Source: an uncultured Pelagibacteraceae bacterium
GTDB taxonomy: Bacteria; Pseudomonadota; Alphaproteobacteria; Pelagibacterales; Pelagibacteraceae
DNA: 64,000 bases
Direction: 5' to 3'
Assembly (NCBI GenBank): GCA_902535625.1
Contig: CACAUA010000001.1
Location: forward strand, 2,517 to 66,516
Shown here: one piece after another, positions 38,430 to 48,023 of the stretch
How positions within the stretch are numbered: position 1 is the stretch's first letter
How the letters are laid out: each line of letters starts with the position of its first letter
Made by a program: the position numbers and the translations under genes
Notes under the pieces: model-generated
Database searches by the model: none
Told to the model about the DNA's origin: nothing
What the model saw: the letters and a program-made list of their open reading frames with translations, nothing else

Positions 38430-38660
38430 ATGAATAACCCGCAAGTTCTTGAAATTATTGAAAATCTTAAAGGCAGAAAGAATTACGAAGAAAAGAAAGC
38501 TTCAAAATTAGGTTTCAACTCTCTTTACGCATACATTGAAAATAAAATATTAAAAGAGAAAGAAGCTGAAGCAGCAAAAATTCTTGAACAATCAGCCCCT
38601 AAAGAAGAAGTGATTGAAGAAAAAAAACCAGAGAAAAAGAAAAGCTGCTCTTGTTGCTAA
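38430..38660 (+). CDS. Small hypothetical protein with C-terminal CSCC
   Basis: 76-aa Lys/Glu-rich ORF filling the gap; ends KKKSCSCC. Confidence 0.65.
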   Translation: MNNPQVLEIIENLKGRKNYEEKKASKLGFNSLYAYIENKILKEKEAEAAKILEQSAPKEEVIEEKKPEKKKSCSCC

Positions 38661-38789
38661 TTAGTTATTATTTGAACATTTCTTAGAACAATATTTCACT
38701 TTATCCCAGTTTAATTTCCATTTTTTTCTCCAAGTAAAAGGTCTCTTACATACAGGGCAAATTTTTGTGGGTAAATTTTCTTTTCTCAC
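38661..38789 (-). CDS. DUF2256-like 42-aa Cys4 protein (not in ORF track)
   Basis: GTG start overlapping the photolyase stop; MRKENLPTKICPVCKRPFTWRKKWKLNWDKVKYCSKKCSNNN*. Confidence 0.88.
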   Translation of the reverse strand: MRKENLPTKICPVCKRPFTWRKKWKLNWDKVKYCSKKCSNNN

Positions 38790-40279
38790 TATGCAGTATT
38801 TTGTTTAATAAATTTTTCTGCCTCAGCTAAAATTAATTTTTTTCTATCAGGTTTCATTTTATCGAAAATTCTAACCATCATAGAAAGTCTAGGATTTTTT
38901 AAAAAGAAGGCTCTATTTCTATTAATGAATCTCCAATAAAGACCATCCATGGTATTGCACCATTCTCCTTTTTTAAAATCCATCATTTTCATGAAATAAG
39001 CGGAGCCGCAAATATATGGTTTTGTTGCAAATATTCCTCCATCACTGAAAAGCCCCATTCCATAAACATTCGGGACCATTACCCAGTCTGAGGAATCCAC
39101 AAACATTTCCATAAACCATTTGTAAACATATGTTGGCTTAACTTCACATAAATTCATTATGTTTGATAAGATCATTAACCTTTCAATATGATGTGACCAA
39201 CCATAATTCACTGCATTTTTAATAGCATAATCTAAAGGTGGTAATCCTGTTGTTCCTTCGTACCATGAGTTTTTCATTTTTCTATTTTGTTTAAAAAAAT
39301 TTCTAGTTTCCATCTCTTTTGAATAGCTTTGATATATTCCCCTCATAAATTCTCTCCATCCCATTACTTGACGAATATAACCTTCTAAGGAATTTAATCT
39401 TATTTTATTTTTGTTGTGAAAATCTAAAACTTTTTTAATGATAAATTCTGGAGTGATAAGACCTAAATTGATGTAAGGACTTAAAGCACTATGAAATAAT
39501 ATATTGTCTTTCTGATCAACTGCATCTTCATAATCCCCAAATAAATTTGATTTCTCTTTAATAAAAAAATTTAATAATTTAATTACATCATCATATTCCG
39601 TAGCAAACCAAAAATCTTTCGTATTACCTGGGTGACTTTTAAAATTTTTATCAATTAAAATTTTTAGTTTTTTCGTATGAACAGTCTCAGTAATTTTAGG
39701 AAATTTGGGTATAGATATATTTTTTGGAAGTTTATTTCGATTTTCTTCGTCAAAACTCCATTTGCCTCCTTCTGGATTACCATCTTTTTTCATGAGTATA
39801 TCCAAATCTCTTCTAGTCTCTTTATAAAAAACTGCCATAAAAGGTTTTTTTGATTTCGATAAATAGTTTTTAAATTTTTCTCTAGAATTTAAAAACATTG
39901 GTGTTTGAATAATATTCCATTTAATTTTTTCCTTTTTTAAAAAATTGGCAATTTTATTTTCAAAAAACTTATCCTCAATTTCGAAACTTGAAATTTCTTT
40001 AATTTTTTTTGCTTTAATTATTTTTTTTAATTTTTCTGTGTAATCCAGCTTGAAAGATTTATCCTCGATCGAAGAATATTCTAATTTAAATTTATTTTTT
40101 TTTAGTCTATCTGCGTGAGATCGCATGCAAGATAAGAACAATAATATCTTTTGTTTATGATGCTTTTCGTACGTACAAAGCTGATAATCTTCAGCCATAA
40201 AGAAAAAGTGGTCTTTTTTGTACTTTTCTAAATATTTCTCTGAGAAAAGCTGATTTCCAAGTAGAAAAAATAATTTCAT
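38789..40279 (-). CDS. Bacterial (6-4) photolyase/cryptochrome, PhrB/CryB family
   Basis: LGNQLF, HHKQK, GGKWSFDEENR, FGDYEDA, HSALSPYINLG, HHIERLM, WVMVPNVYGM, TKPY. Confidence 0.92.
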   Translation of the reverse strand: MKLFFLLGNQLFSEKYLEKYKKDHFFFMAEDYQLCTYEKHHKQKILLFLSCMRSHADRLKKNKFKLEYSSIEDKSFKLDYTEKLKKIIKAKKIKEISSFEIEDKFFENKIANFLKKEKIKWNIIQTPMFLNSREKFKNYLSKSKKPFMAVFYKETRRDLDILMKKDGNPEGGKWSFDEENRNKLPKNISIPKFPKITETVHTKKLKILIDKNFKSHPGNTKDFWFATEYDDVIKLLNFFIKEKSNLFGDYEDAVDQKDNILFHSALSPYINLGLITPEFIIKKVLDFHNKNKIRLNSLEGYIRQVMGWREFMRGIYQSYSKEMETRNFFKQNRKMKNSWYEGTTGLPPLDYAIKNAVNYGWSHHIERLMILSNIMNLCEVKPTYVYKWFMEMFVDSSDWVMVPNVYGMGLFSDGGIFATKPYICGSAYFMKMMDFKKGEWCNTMDGLYWRFINRNRAFFLKNPRLSMMVRIFDKMKPDRKKLILAEAEKFIKQNTA

Positions 40280-40306
40280 TAACTATATATAACTCTTTAA
40301 AAATTT

Positions 40307-41017
40307 ATGTCAGAAAAATATTTAGTAGTAGGTGCGACAGGATCTATCGGATCTAATTTAGCTGAACAGTTACATGCGTCCGGTAAAGAAGTACATTTAA
40401 TTGGTAGGGATGAAGAAAGAACAAAATCTTTGTCTGAACAACTAAATTGTAAATATACAGTCTCTGATGTTTTAGAAAATGGTTTTGTTGAAAAGATTAA
40501 GTCCGAAATAGATGATATCAAAGGTATAGCTTATTGTGTTGGTTCAATTGATTTAAAACCTTTGAGAATGGTTTCAGAACAAGATTTTACAAAATGTATG
40601 AAACTAAATTTATATTCTGCAGTAGATTTAATTAAAGGTTATCAAGAAAGTTTAAAAAAAAATAAAGGATCGATTGTTTTGTTTTCAACTGTTGCTGCTC
40701 AAAGGGGTTTTACAAATCATGCAATTATAGCTTCAACTAAAGCAGCTGTTGAAGGATTAACTGTTTCTTTAGCAGCAGAATTTGCTCCTAATATAAGAGT
40801 AAATTGCATTGCTCCAAGTTTAACTAATTCAAAAATTGCAGAGCCAATGCTTAAAAATAAAGTTTTAGCTGATGGTATCGCAAAAGCCCATCCGTTAAAA
40901 AGACTTGGAGAAGGTAAAGACTCAGCTTCGCTTGCAAAATTTCTAATAACTGAAGAAAGTTCTTGGGTTACAGGACAAATTATTGCTGTCGATGGTGGTA
41001 GATCAAAACTTTCATAG
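40307..41017 (+). CDS. Short-chain dehydrogenase/reductase (atypical active site)
   Basis: GATGSIG, IRVNCIAP, VTGQ.I.VDGG; YxxxK position reads IASTK. Confidence 0.88.
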   Translation: MSEKYLVVGATGSIGSNLAEQLHASGKEVHLIGRDEERTKSLSEQLNCKYTVSDVLENGFVEKIKSEIDDIKGIAYCVGSIDLKPLRMVSEQDFTKCMKLNLYSAVDLIKGYQESLKKNKGSIVLFSTVAAQRGFTNHAIIASTKAAVEGLTVSLAAEFAPNIRVNCIAPSLTNSKIAEPMLKNKVLADGIAKAHPLKRLGEGKDSASLAKFLITEESSWVTGQIIAVDGGRSKLS

Positions 41018-41018
41018 A

Positions 41019-42083
41019 GTGAAGAAATTATTATTTCTTTTATCATTAATACTATTATCAACTAATTCATTTAGTAAAAATTTTAATTTTAATAAAATTA
41101 TTGAATTAGAAGCACCTTGGGGTTCGTCGTTCGTTAATGATAATGAAATGATTGTTACCGAGAAAGGTGGCAAAATAAAACTTGTTAATATTTCGACAAG
41201 AGAGACGAGTGAAATTGGTCATAACTTAAATTTTGTAGAATATGGACAGGGAGGATTATTGGATATTCTGTATCATGAAGATTACATTTACATCTCATAC
41301 ACAGAAAATAGAAATAATTGGAAGACTAGCACTTCAATTGCACGTGCAAAATTTAATAAAAACAAATTAAATTTTAAAAATATTTTTCAAGCCAATCCAC
41401 CAATTGACTCGCCTTATCACTTTGGTTCAAGACTGGTAATTAAAGACAATTATTTATTTGCTTCTGCAGGTGAAAGAGGCGGGGGAATGATTGCTCAAGA
41501 TGGAAATAAACATCCAGGGAGTATAATTAGAATTTATCTAGATGGTGGCATTCCAAAAGACAATCCTCGTTTTGAGGGGAAATCAGACTGGCTGCCTGAA
41601 ATATATCAAATTGGTGTAAGAAATCCTCAAGGTTTAGCTTTATCACCTTTCGATGGAAAAATTTATATGAGCAATCATGGTGCAAAAGGCGGCGATTGGT
41701 TTGGTGAAGCAAAGAAAAGTGAAAATTATGGTTGGAAAATTCTTGGATGGGGTGGCACAAATTATTCAGGTATACCAATAGGGCCAAAATGGAAACCTGG
41801 CTTTACAAAAGCCATTCAATATTGGGTTCCATCTATAGCCACAAGTGCGATCGCAATTTATAAAGGTAATGAATTTAAAGAATGGAATGGTGATGCATTA
41901 ATTACTTCTCTTAAAGATAAGTCTTTAAGAAAATTAGAGTTTAATGATTTATCAAACGTAAAAGAGGAAATAATTTTTAAAGATAAAATTGGAAGAATCA
42001 GAGACATACAAATTCATCCTATAAATGGTAAACTATATTTTTTAAATCAAGATGGATTGTGGTTGATGGAAAATTCTAGTTAG
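41019..42083 (+). CDS. PQQ-dependent soluble sugar dehydrogenase family (YliI-like); likely GTG start at 41019
   Basis: Signal peptide after the GTG, PWG, GQGGLLD, HFGSRL, G.RNPQG, NYGW, GRIRD. Confidence 0.88.
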   Translation: MKKLLFLLSLILLSTNSFSKNFNFNKIIELEAPWGSSFVNDNEMIVTEKGGKIKLVNISTRETSEIGHNLNFVEYGQGGLLDILYHEDYIYISYTENRNNWKTSTSIARAKFNKNKLNFKNIFQANPPIDSPYHFGSRLVIKDNYLFASAGERGGGMIAQDGNKHPGSIIRIYLDGGIPKDNPRFEGKSDWLPEIYQIGVRNPQGLALSPFDGKIYMSNHGAKGGDWFGEAKKSENYGWKILGWGGTNYSGIPIGPKWKPGFTKAIQYWVPSIATSAIAIYKGNEFKEWNGDALITSLKDKSLRKLEFNDLSNVKEEIIFKDKIGRIRDIQIHPINGKLYFLNQDGLWLMENSS

Positions 42084-43077
42084 TATCAAAAAGCTCATTA
42101 AATAATTTAAATTCACCAATTTTAAAAATAATTGCATCATCTTTTTTAAATCCAAATTTTTCTGCATTTTGCTTAAACCTTAAAGGGGGCTCTAATATTG
42201 GTTCAAGTGATAAGACAAAAGTTCCCCAATGCATTCCAATTACTTTTTTACTTTTTAAATCTTTAGCAAGTCCAAGGGCTTCTTCAGGGTTAGTGTGGTA
42301 AGCAGAAGAATCTTTAATTGAAGCCATTGGATAAAAATTATATGCGCCAATGTTAATAAATGTTAAATCAATTGGACCATACTTATCTCCCAATTCTTTA
42401 TATATTTTTCCAACACCAGTATCACATGAAAATAATATTTTTTTTCCTTTGTATTCAATCAAATAGCTGCCCCATAAAGTTTTGTTAGTATCCGTTAAAC
42501 TCCTTTTTGACCAGTGGACTGATGGCAAAAAAGTAATATTTAAATTCTGATTTATTCTTATTTGATCATACCAATCCATTTCATTTACATCTTTAAATCT
42601 ATTAATTTTAAAATATTTTTTTAGTCCTAAAGGTAACAGGACTTTAGATTCTTTATAAGGAAATCTCATTATTGTTTTCATATCTTGATGATCGTAGTGA
42701 TTGTGAGTTAGTAGAAAAATATCTGTTCTTGGTATCTCATTAAGTTTTAATGCTGGTTCGGTAAATCTCTTTGGCCCAAAAAATAAAGGTCCTGCATTTT
42801 TTGAAAAAACTGGATCTGTTATTATTGTTATTCCCCCTAAATTTAATAAAAATGTTGCATGACCTATCCACGCTACATAATCTTCTTTTTGGAAATTATT
42901 TAAATCCAATAAAACTTTTTCTTTTTTAATGATATTACTTTCAGGAAAAGTCATATCTAATTTTTTTTTTTCTTGGTTAAAGACCTTAAACGACCAATTG
43001 AAATTCATATCAATCACCTTTGATCCTTCAGGATTACGAAATGTGCCATTTGCTAAATGATGATATTTTTTTTTCAT
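42076..43077 (-). CDS. Metallo-beta-lactamase-fold hydrolase (NAPE-PLD/RomA-like)
   Basis: WIGHATF, TDPVFS, THNHYDH, HWSKR, MHWGTF. Confidence 0.9.
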   Translation of the reverse strand: MKKKYHHLANGTFRNPEGSKVIDMNFNWSFKVFNQEKKKLDMTFPESNIIKKEKVLLDLNNFQKEDYVAWIGHATFLLNLGGITIITDPVFSKNAGPLFFGPKRFTEPALKLNEIPRTDIFLLTHNHYDHQDMKTIMRFPYKESKVLLPLGLKKYFKINRFKDVNEMDWYDQIRINQNLNITFLPSVHWSKRSLTDTNKTLWGSYLIEYKGKKILFSCDTGVGKIYKELGDKYGPIDLTFINIGAYNFYPMASIKDSSAYHTNPEEALGLAKDLKSKKVIGMHWGTFVLSLEPILEPPLRFKQNAEKFGFKKDDAIIFKIGEFKLFNELFDTN

Positions 43078-43083
43078 ATCCGA

Positions 43084-43692
43084 TTAATAATTTTTTGAAA
43101 TAATATCTTGAATTGTATTACTTATAACTATTGTTCCAGCTTTGTTAGGATGTATGCCATCCTGTTGATTTAGATTTGGATCAAGAGCAACACCCTCTAG
43201 CAAAAATGGAATTAAGGGTAAATTATATTTTTTTGACAATTTAGGATAAATAGCATCAAAATTTTTTTTATACTTAGTTCCATGAGTTGTTGGCGCAACC
43301 ATCCCAGCTATTATAATTTTTATTTTTTTACTTTTAGCGATTTTAATTATTTCTTCTAAATTTCTCTCGGTTTCATCTGGTTGAATTCCTCTAAGCATAT
43401 CATTTGCCCCAAGACCAAGGATGATTAGATCAATACCGGGTTCTGATAAACTCCATTCTGCTCTATTCAATCCACCAGAAGAAGTACTACCTGACACACT
43501 TCCATTTATTACCTTAATATTTAAACCACTCCTAACGAGATTACTTTCTAAAACCAAAGATAAGTGTTGCTCTTTAGGTAGACCATAACCCGCCATTAAA
43601 CTATCGCCGAATAATATAACCTTTTCTATTGCACTTGCATTTATGTGCACTAGAAAGAATAACAATATTTTTATAAATAAACTTTTATTCAT
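43084..43692 (-). CDS. tesA: Arylesterase/thioesterase TesA (SGNH); likely start MNKSLF at 43692
   Basis: FGDSLMAGYG, LGANDMLRG, DGIHPN; signal peptide after 43692. Confidence 0.9.
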   Translation of the reverse strand: MNKSLFIKILLFFLVHINASAIEKVILFGDSLMAGYGLPKEQHLSLVLESNLVRSGLNIKVINGSVSGSTSSGGLNRAEWSLSEPGIDLIILGLGANDMLRGIQPDETERNLEEIIKIAKSKKIKIIIAGMVAPTTHGTKYKKNFDAIYPKLSKKYNLPLIPFLLEGVALDPNLNQQDGIHPNKAGTIVISNTIQDIISKNY

Positions 43693-44356
43693 GTACACAC
43701 TTCTTAAATTAAAAAAAATAAATCTCAAATACCAAACTGGTAAGGACAATATCAATGTTTTAAAAAATATTGATTTAACTATAAAAAAAAAAGAAACTGT
43801 ATCTGTGGTTGGAGAAAGTGGGTCAGGAAAAACAAGCTTGATTATGCTTATTGGTGGACTAGAACGTCCAACCTCAGGGAAAATTATATTTCAAGACAGG
43901 GAAATAACAAATCTTAATGAAGACGAAGTATCTGAAATTAGAAAGCAAAATATAGGAATTATATTTCAATCTTTCTATTTAATTCCAAATTATACAGCTG
44001 TTGAAAATGTAGCTTTAACACTTGAACTTAATGAATTTAAAAATCCAGAGAAAGAAGCAAAAAGTTTATTAGATCGATTTGGTCTAAAACATAGATTCAA
44101 TAATCTTCCAAGTCAATTATCTGGCGGAGAGCAACAACGTGTGGCGATTGCAAGAGCTATTGCAATGAAACCAGATTTGATTTTAGCTGATGAACCAACT
44201 GGTAATCTAGATACCGAAAACTCAATAATGATCTCTGAAATTTTATTTAAATACGTCAAAGAAGAAGGGTCTTCTTTAATAATGGTCACACATGATCCAA
44301 AATTAGCAGACAAAGCAAAACGAAAAATTAAAATCAAAGATGGAAAAATTAAATAA
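43691..44356 (+). CDS. ABC ATPase, YbbA-like; likely start MYTLLK at 43691
   Basis: GESGSGKT, LSGGEQQR, ADEPTGNLD, VTHD. Confidence 0.9.
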   Translation: MYTLLKLKKINLKYQTGKDNINVLKNIDLTIKKKETVSVVGESGSGKTSLIMLIGGLERPTSGKIIFQDREITNLNEDEVSEIRKQNIGIIFQSFYLIPNYTAVENVALTLELNEFKNPEKEAKSLLDRFGLKHRFNNLPSQLSGGEQQRVAIARAIAMKPDLILADEPTGNLDTENSIMISEILFKYVKEEGSSLIMVTHDPKLADKAKRKIKIKDGKIK

Positions 44357-46877
44357 TTCTTCGGAGTTAAGTTTAATATTCAAGTATGCTTTAAAGGATT
44401 TAAGCAGAAATTATAAAAAAATTTCAAGTATTATTGTAACTCTGTTTATCAGTCTTTTTATTTTAAGTGCCATCTTTACAATCGAAGATAGTTTAAAAAA
44501 AGAGCTTAATGATAATGCAAAAGTTCTTTTGGGTGGAGATCTCGAAATCGATTATAACCGTAATCAGGGGGATCTTAATTTAGTCAATAAAGTAAAGGAA
44601 TTTTCAACTGTCTCACAAATGATAGAGTTCAGTACAATGCTTTCTACGACAGGCAGAGAAAAAAATAAATCATTATTTACAAGGATTAAAACAGTTGATG
44701 AAAAATATCCACTTTACGGTGAAGTTGTTTATGAGCCAGAAGATGCTTATGAAAGAATGCAAAAGGAACCAAAGACAATTTTGATTAATGAAAGTTTATC
44801 AAAAACTTTAAAGATAAAAATAAATGACAAAGTTAAGGTACAAGATCAAAGTTTCATTGTTGTTGGAATTATAAAATCTGTACCTGATGTCAGTGGGTTT
44901 GTAGCTTTTGGAGATTGGGCATTAGCAGGAAAACAAACTTTGGAGATACTAAAACTAAATGGAATAGGTAGTTTTTTAAATTATGAATATAAAGTAAAAT
45001 TTAATCCAAGTGATGATCCAGAAAAAATAGAAAGTAAGATCAAAGATATTTTTAAAGATGACCAAAAAGTAAAACTTAGATTTCCAGAAAATTCAGCAAG
45101 TGGCTTAAAAAGGATAATTAATAATTTTTCCCAATTTCTCTCTTTAGTTTCAATTAGTGCAATGTTAATTGCTGGAATAGGTATCGCTAATACATTGTTG
45201 TCATTTATAAACCAGAACAATATGTCTATAGCTGTAAGAAAAGCTGTAGGATTTTATTCAGGGAATATAAAAACACTTTATTATCTTCAATTATTTATAT
45301 TATTATTTATTATTACTGTAATTTCTTATGGCTCAAGTTTTTTAATTGTACCAATTGCAGACAAATATTTATCTGATGGGTTGGGATTAAATGTTTATCC
45401 AAAATTCTCTTTAATTAATTTTATAAAAATATTTATTGTAGGTTTGTTGGTTCTTATAATTTTTTCAATACCAACAATAAGTTCAATTGATCAAGTTAAA
45501 GCATCAAACCTATTTAGAAATGTATTCCAAAACCTACAATTTTATTACTCAAAAAAGTCAGTTATTTTAAGTTTTATCTTATTATCATTTTTAGTTTTAT
45601 TGTTTACAATGGGATCTGAAAGGCCTTCTTATAGCTTGGGTTATTTTCTGGCTTTTTTTGTATGTCTAATTGTATTTTTTTTACTTTCGAAAATTATAAT
45701 TTATTTACTGAAAAAGTTTAATTTTATTTCAAATATCTCTTTAAAAGTATCGATAAAAAATATAACTCAAACAAAGAGTATCACCCCTATCACAATTATG
45801 TCTTTAGGCTTAGGTGTAACTTTATTATTAACTTTAGCTTTAGTTGGAACAAATTTTAAAAGAGAAATTGCAAGATCTATTCCAGATATTGCACCTGATT
45901 ATTTTTTTGTTGGAATTCAAAAAGGTGAAAAGAAAAAATTTGAACATGGTGTTTACAAAATGAACCCTGATGCGAACATTGAAATAGTGCCTATGGTTTC
46001 TTCAGGAATAGTAAAAATTAATGGTGTAAATCCAAATAGCTATATTAAACCAGATAATGATAGTTATTGGGTAATTGGAAGTGAAAGAAGATCTTCTTGG
46101 GTTGAAAATATACCTAAAGATAACCCAATTTTAAAAGGAGAATGGTGGGATTTATCTAAACCTGACCAACTTCAGATATCGCTTGATGCAAAAGTGGCTA
46201 AAGATTTTAATATTGAGTTGGGGGATATTTTTACTTTAAACATTTATGGTCGAGAAATTGATGGAGAAATAGTTAATTTTAGAGAAGTTGATTATCGTGA
46301 TCTAAGTATTAATTTTGCCATGTTATTTAATCCACAATTTGCAAAAAAAATTCCTCATGAATATTTAGCAACTGCTAAATTTAAAAATCCAGATAATTTT
46401 GATGAAACCAAAATGTTAGAAGTATTACCGAGTTTGTCTATGATAAAAATTGCTGATTACTTAAACAAAGTAACATCGGTTTTAAATAAAGTCTTCATAG
46501 CTGTAACCCTAATTTCTGGTGTAACAATTGTAATTGGATTGATTGTTATCTCAAGTGCTATAATGGTCCAAGGAAAAGTAAAAGAGTACCAAAATCTTGT
46601 ATTTAAAATTTTAGGTTTTTCAAAAAAAGAAATTATATTTTCGTCTTTGATAGAATTTATAATTATTTTTATGTCGGTAATATTAATTGCAATTTTTTTT
46701 GCAGTAATAGGATCAAAATTTATTATGGAGAATATTTTTGAATTAGTTTGGCAATTTGATTTTAAAGTTTTAATTTACCTTGGTGCCTCTATAGGAATCG
46801 TGACCTTAATTTTAATTATGCTAACTAATCTTAAATACTTAAGTCCTAAAGTTTATCCATTAATAAGAAATCAATAG
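44340..46877 (+). CDS. ABC permease, YbbP/FtsX-like
   Basis: LLGGDL, YPLYG, APDYFF, two FtsX-like TM blocks; tesA-ybbAP arrangement. Confidence 0.85.
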   Translation: MEKLNNSSELSLIFKYALKDLSRNYKKISSIIVTLFISLFILSAIFTIEDSLKKELNDNAKVLLGGDLEIDYNRNQGDLNLVNKVKEFSTVSQMIEFSTMLSTTGREKNKSLFTRIKTVDEKYPLYGEVVYEPEDAYERMQKEPKTILINESLSKTLKIKINDKVKVQDQSFIVVGIIKSVPDVSGFVAFGDWALAGKQTLEILKLNGIGSFLNYEYKVKFNPSDDPEKIESKIKDIFKDDQKVKLRFPENSASGLKRIINNFSQFLSLVSISAMLIAGIGIANTLLSFINQNNMSIAVRKAVGFYSGNIKTLYYLQLFILLFIITVISYGSSFLIVPIADKYLSDGLGLNVYPKFSLINFIKIFIVGLLVLIIFSIPTISSIDQVKASNLFRNVFQNLQFYYSKKSVILSFILLSFLVLLFTMGSERPSYSLGYFLAFFVCLIVFFLLSKIIIYLLKKFNFISNISLKVSIKNITQTKSITPITIMSLGLGVTLLLTLALVGTNFKREIARSIPDIAPDYFFVGIQKGEKKKFEHGVYKMNPDANIEIVPMVSSGIVKINGVNPNSYIKPDNDSYWVIGSERRSSWVENIPKDNPILKGEWWDLSKPDQLQISLDAKVAKDFNIELGDIFTLNIYGREIDGEIVNFREVDYRDLSINFAMLFNPQFAKKIPHEYLATAKFKNPDNFDETKMLEVLPSLSMIKIADYLNKVTSVLNKVFIAVTLISGVTIVIGLIVISSAIMVQGKVKEYQNLVFKILGFSKKEIIFSSLIEFIIIFMSVILIAIFFAVIGSKFIMENIFELVWQFDFKVLIYLGASIGIVTLILIMLTNLKYLSPKVYPLIRNQ

Positions 46878-46883
46878 TAAATT

Positions 46884-47729
46884 TTATTTATTCGCTCTTT
46901 TAAAACATTCGATTGTATTTTTAAGCAAACAAGCAATGGTCATAGGTCCAACTCCACCTGGAACTGGAGTTAAAGCTTTTGCAACTTTTGATACCTCATC
47001 AAATGCAACATCGCCAACTAGGCCGTTTTCAGTTTTATTGATACCAACGTCAATCACAATTGCATCTTTTTTAACCCAATCACCTTTTACAAGCTCAGGG
47101 ATCCCAACAGCAGCAACTATTATGTCTCCTTTTAAACATTCACCTTTAAGATCATTTGTTTTTGAATGAGTAATTGTAACTGTGCAATTTTCTTTCAACA
47201 ACAACTGTGTCATTGGCTTACCATTTAAATTTGATCTTCCAACAATTACAGCCTTTTTTCCATTAAGGTTTGGTTCAATTTTTTTTATTAATAAATAACA
47301 ACCTAAAGGAGTACATGGAATAGAACTTTCATAACCTGAAGACAGATTACCAACATTCATGGGATGAAATCCATCTACATCTTTCTCTGGCATAATTGCC
47401 TCTATAACTTTTTGTTTATCAATATGTTTAGGAAGTGGGAGCTGAACTAAAATTCCTGAAACGGAATTGTCATTATTAAGTTCATCGATTTTTTTTAAAA
47501 CTTCACTTTCTTCAACACTGTCAGGGTATCTAATCACCTCTGATTTAAGGCCCACTTCATTGGCAGACTTCTCTTTATTTCTAACATAAATTTGACTAGG
47601 TGCTAAATCACCAATCAATATGACTGTTAAACCTGGTACTTTATTATGCTTATCTTTTAAAGATAAGACTTCTTTCTTGAGCTCTTCTCTTAAATCAGCA
47701 GCAGCTTTTTTTCCATCAATTAAAATCAT
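46884..47729 (-). CDS. folD: Methylene-THF dehydrogenase/cyclohydrolase
   Basis: YVRNK, KDVDGFH, PCTP, TPVPGGVGPMT. Confidence 0.97.
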   Translation of the reverse strand: MILIDGKKAAADLREELKKEVLSLKDKHNKVPGLTVILIGDLAPSQIYVRNKEKSANEVGLKSEVIRYPDSVEESEVLKKIDELNNDNSVSGILVQLPLPKHIDKQKVIEAIMPEKDVDGFHPMNVGNLSSGYESSIPCTPLGCYLLIKKIEPNLNGKKAVIVGRSNLNGKPMTQLLLKENCTVTITHSKTNDLKGECLKGDIIVAAVGIPELVKGDWVKKDAIVIDVGINKTENGLVGDVAFDEVSKVAKALTPVPGGVGPMTIACLLKNTIECFKRANK

Positions 47730-47732
47730 TTA

Positions 47733-48023
47733 TTAAAATATTAGTGGTGCAATGTAGAGTTTCATACACATTTCTATGAACCATATCAACAAAAGAAGTA
47801 CGATAGGAGAAATATCAAAAGCACCAAGGTTAGGTAAAAATCTTCTTATTCTCATTAAAATCGGTTCTGTCATTTTATAAGTGAAATCTAATATTAAATA
47901 TACAAACCGATTGCTTGTATTTAGTACATTAAAAGCGACCAACCAACTTATAACGACATTGGCAATTACAACATATGAATAAAGTTTTATAATTTGAAGA
48001 GCTAAATAAAATATAGCAATCAT
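47733..48023 (-). CDS. yggT: YggT family membrane protein
   Basis: SWLVAFNV.N, TEP...IRRFLP, DISPI. Confidence 0.88.
   Translation of the reverse strand: MIAIFYLALQIIKLYSYVVIANVVISWLVAFNVLNTSNRFVYLILDFTYKMTEPILMRIRRFLPNLGAFDISPIVLLLLIWFIEMCMKLYIAPLIF

Noticed and set aside
43643-43755. Long upstream starts giving a 113-bp tesA/ATPase overlap
   Set aside because: The signal peptide and the ATPase core fit the ATGs at 43692 and 43691 better.
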